Source: Mobula hypostoma
Taxonomy: Eukaryota
NCBI RefSeq assembly: GCF_963921235.1
Contig: NC_086097.1
Coordinates: 123,134,001-123,198,000 of the forward strand
Length of the DNA: 64,000 nucleotides
Direction: 5' to 3'
Position numbers and translations under genes: made by a program. Shown here piece after piece: positions 62,812 to 64,000 of this stretch. Position 1 is the first letter of the stretch; each line of letters begins with the position of its first letter. Under the pieces are notes generated by a model, which had not been told where the DNA came from, did not search any database, and saw only the letters and a program-made list of their open reading frames with translations.

Positions 62812-64000
62812 TCTTACAGGGAATATCTTGAGAGAGGGGGGAAATGTACGAAGGTGGAAATGTAAAGATAAAGATTAGCTTTATTTGTCACATGTCCATC
62901 AAAACATTGGAACTACAGTGAATTGCATCGTTCTCATCAAATCAGCTTTGATTGTGCGAGGGACAGCCCGCAAATGCCACCACTCTTCTAGCGCTAACAC
63001 AGCATGCCCATAATTCACTAACCTCAACCACACATTTTTGGAATGCGGGAGGAAACCAAAGCACCCAGAGGAAACCCACACAGTCACGGGGAGAACGTAG
63101 AAACTCCTTACAGACAGTGGCAGGAATCAAACCCTAATCTTACACCTGATGCTGTAAAGCACTGTGCTCAAAACAGGGAACCTAGACAACACAAAGTGCC
63201 ATTATCCAATGCCCGGGAGCCAACGTAAGCCAAGAAGCAAAGGGGTAATGGCTGACTTGGATCTAGGTGAAAGACTGACTGAGAAAGCGTTGAAATACTT
63301 GTCTCTGGAGGGAGAAGTTTTATTTCATTTAGGCACTACATGCATGAAAGCTTAGGTTACAGATGGGGTGAGAAGAGAACAATGAGTTATTATACCTGAA
63401 GAGCAGTAATTATACAATAATCATATAAAACAAAGTTGTTTCTTTTACACTTCTTTTCCAGTGATGCAATCACTGGTACAGCAGTTGTTGTTGTCTGTCC
63501 CCAGTTGCTGCAAGGTCTTTAGGAACTCCTGCAGAAGTCTGATATAGCTATCCTGGCTTGCTGGCCCAGGGATCCAAGTGGGACAAAGTTACCTTTTCCT
63601 GAAGGACATATGCGAGCCTGTTAGGTTTTTAACCACTTCATTAATGAACCCGCTGGAGGCTGGAAGCTGAAAACAGCCTATTCTGTTGCCTGTTGTATTC
63701 TATTATTCTGCTGAGAACTGCGGGCATGCTACGTTGGCGACGGCATGTAGGACAACACTTCCCGTCTGGCCCCAGCACATCCTCAGATGTGTTGGTTGTT
63801 GACACAAAATGACACATTTCTGTATGTCTCGATGTGCACATAATAAATCAATTTGAAATTTGAATCTTGATACCATATTTTACTCTCTAGATTATTTTGA
63901 AGCTTTCTTGAAACTGTGAACAGTGGCATAACAGTTAAAAAATGCTATTACAACACCAACAACCCGGGTTTAATTCCTACCGTTCCCTGTAAGGAGTCTA

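Overview
This is eukaryotic, repeat-dense DNA, most likely from a cartilaginous fish (ray or shark). That assignment is inferred from HE1/V-SINE, Deu-SINE, CR1, Rex1 and Penelope repeat content. The only host coding sequence I can support is one 171-nt internal exon of a CCDC102A/B-family coiled-coil gene on the minus strand (36372-36542), so the window is probably two very large introns. Almost everything else is nested transposable elements: a full-length decayed L1 with a 19-bp TSD; a long CR1 carrying three insertions; two Penelope-like elements (RT + GIY-YIG); a full-length CsRN1-type Gypsy inside a hAT MITE; solo LTRs; Tigger and Tc1 derivatives; Rex1 fragments; and SINEs. The most interesting non-coding signal is a set of minimal hammerhead ribozyme motifs (CUGAnGA...GAAACGUC) in Penelope termini. 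One of them lies in a 237-bp ORF-less inverted-repeat insertion with a perfect 12-bp TSD. Most ORFs in the supplied track are TE fragments or spurious. Repeat family names come from my recognition of motifs, not from database searches. Boundaries without a stated TSD are approximate.
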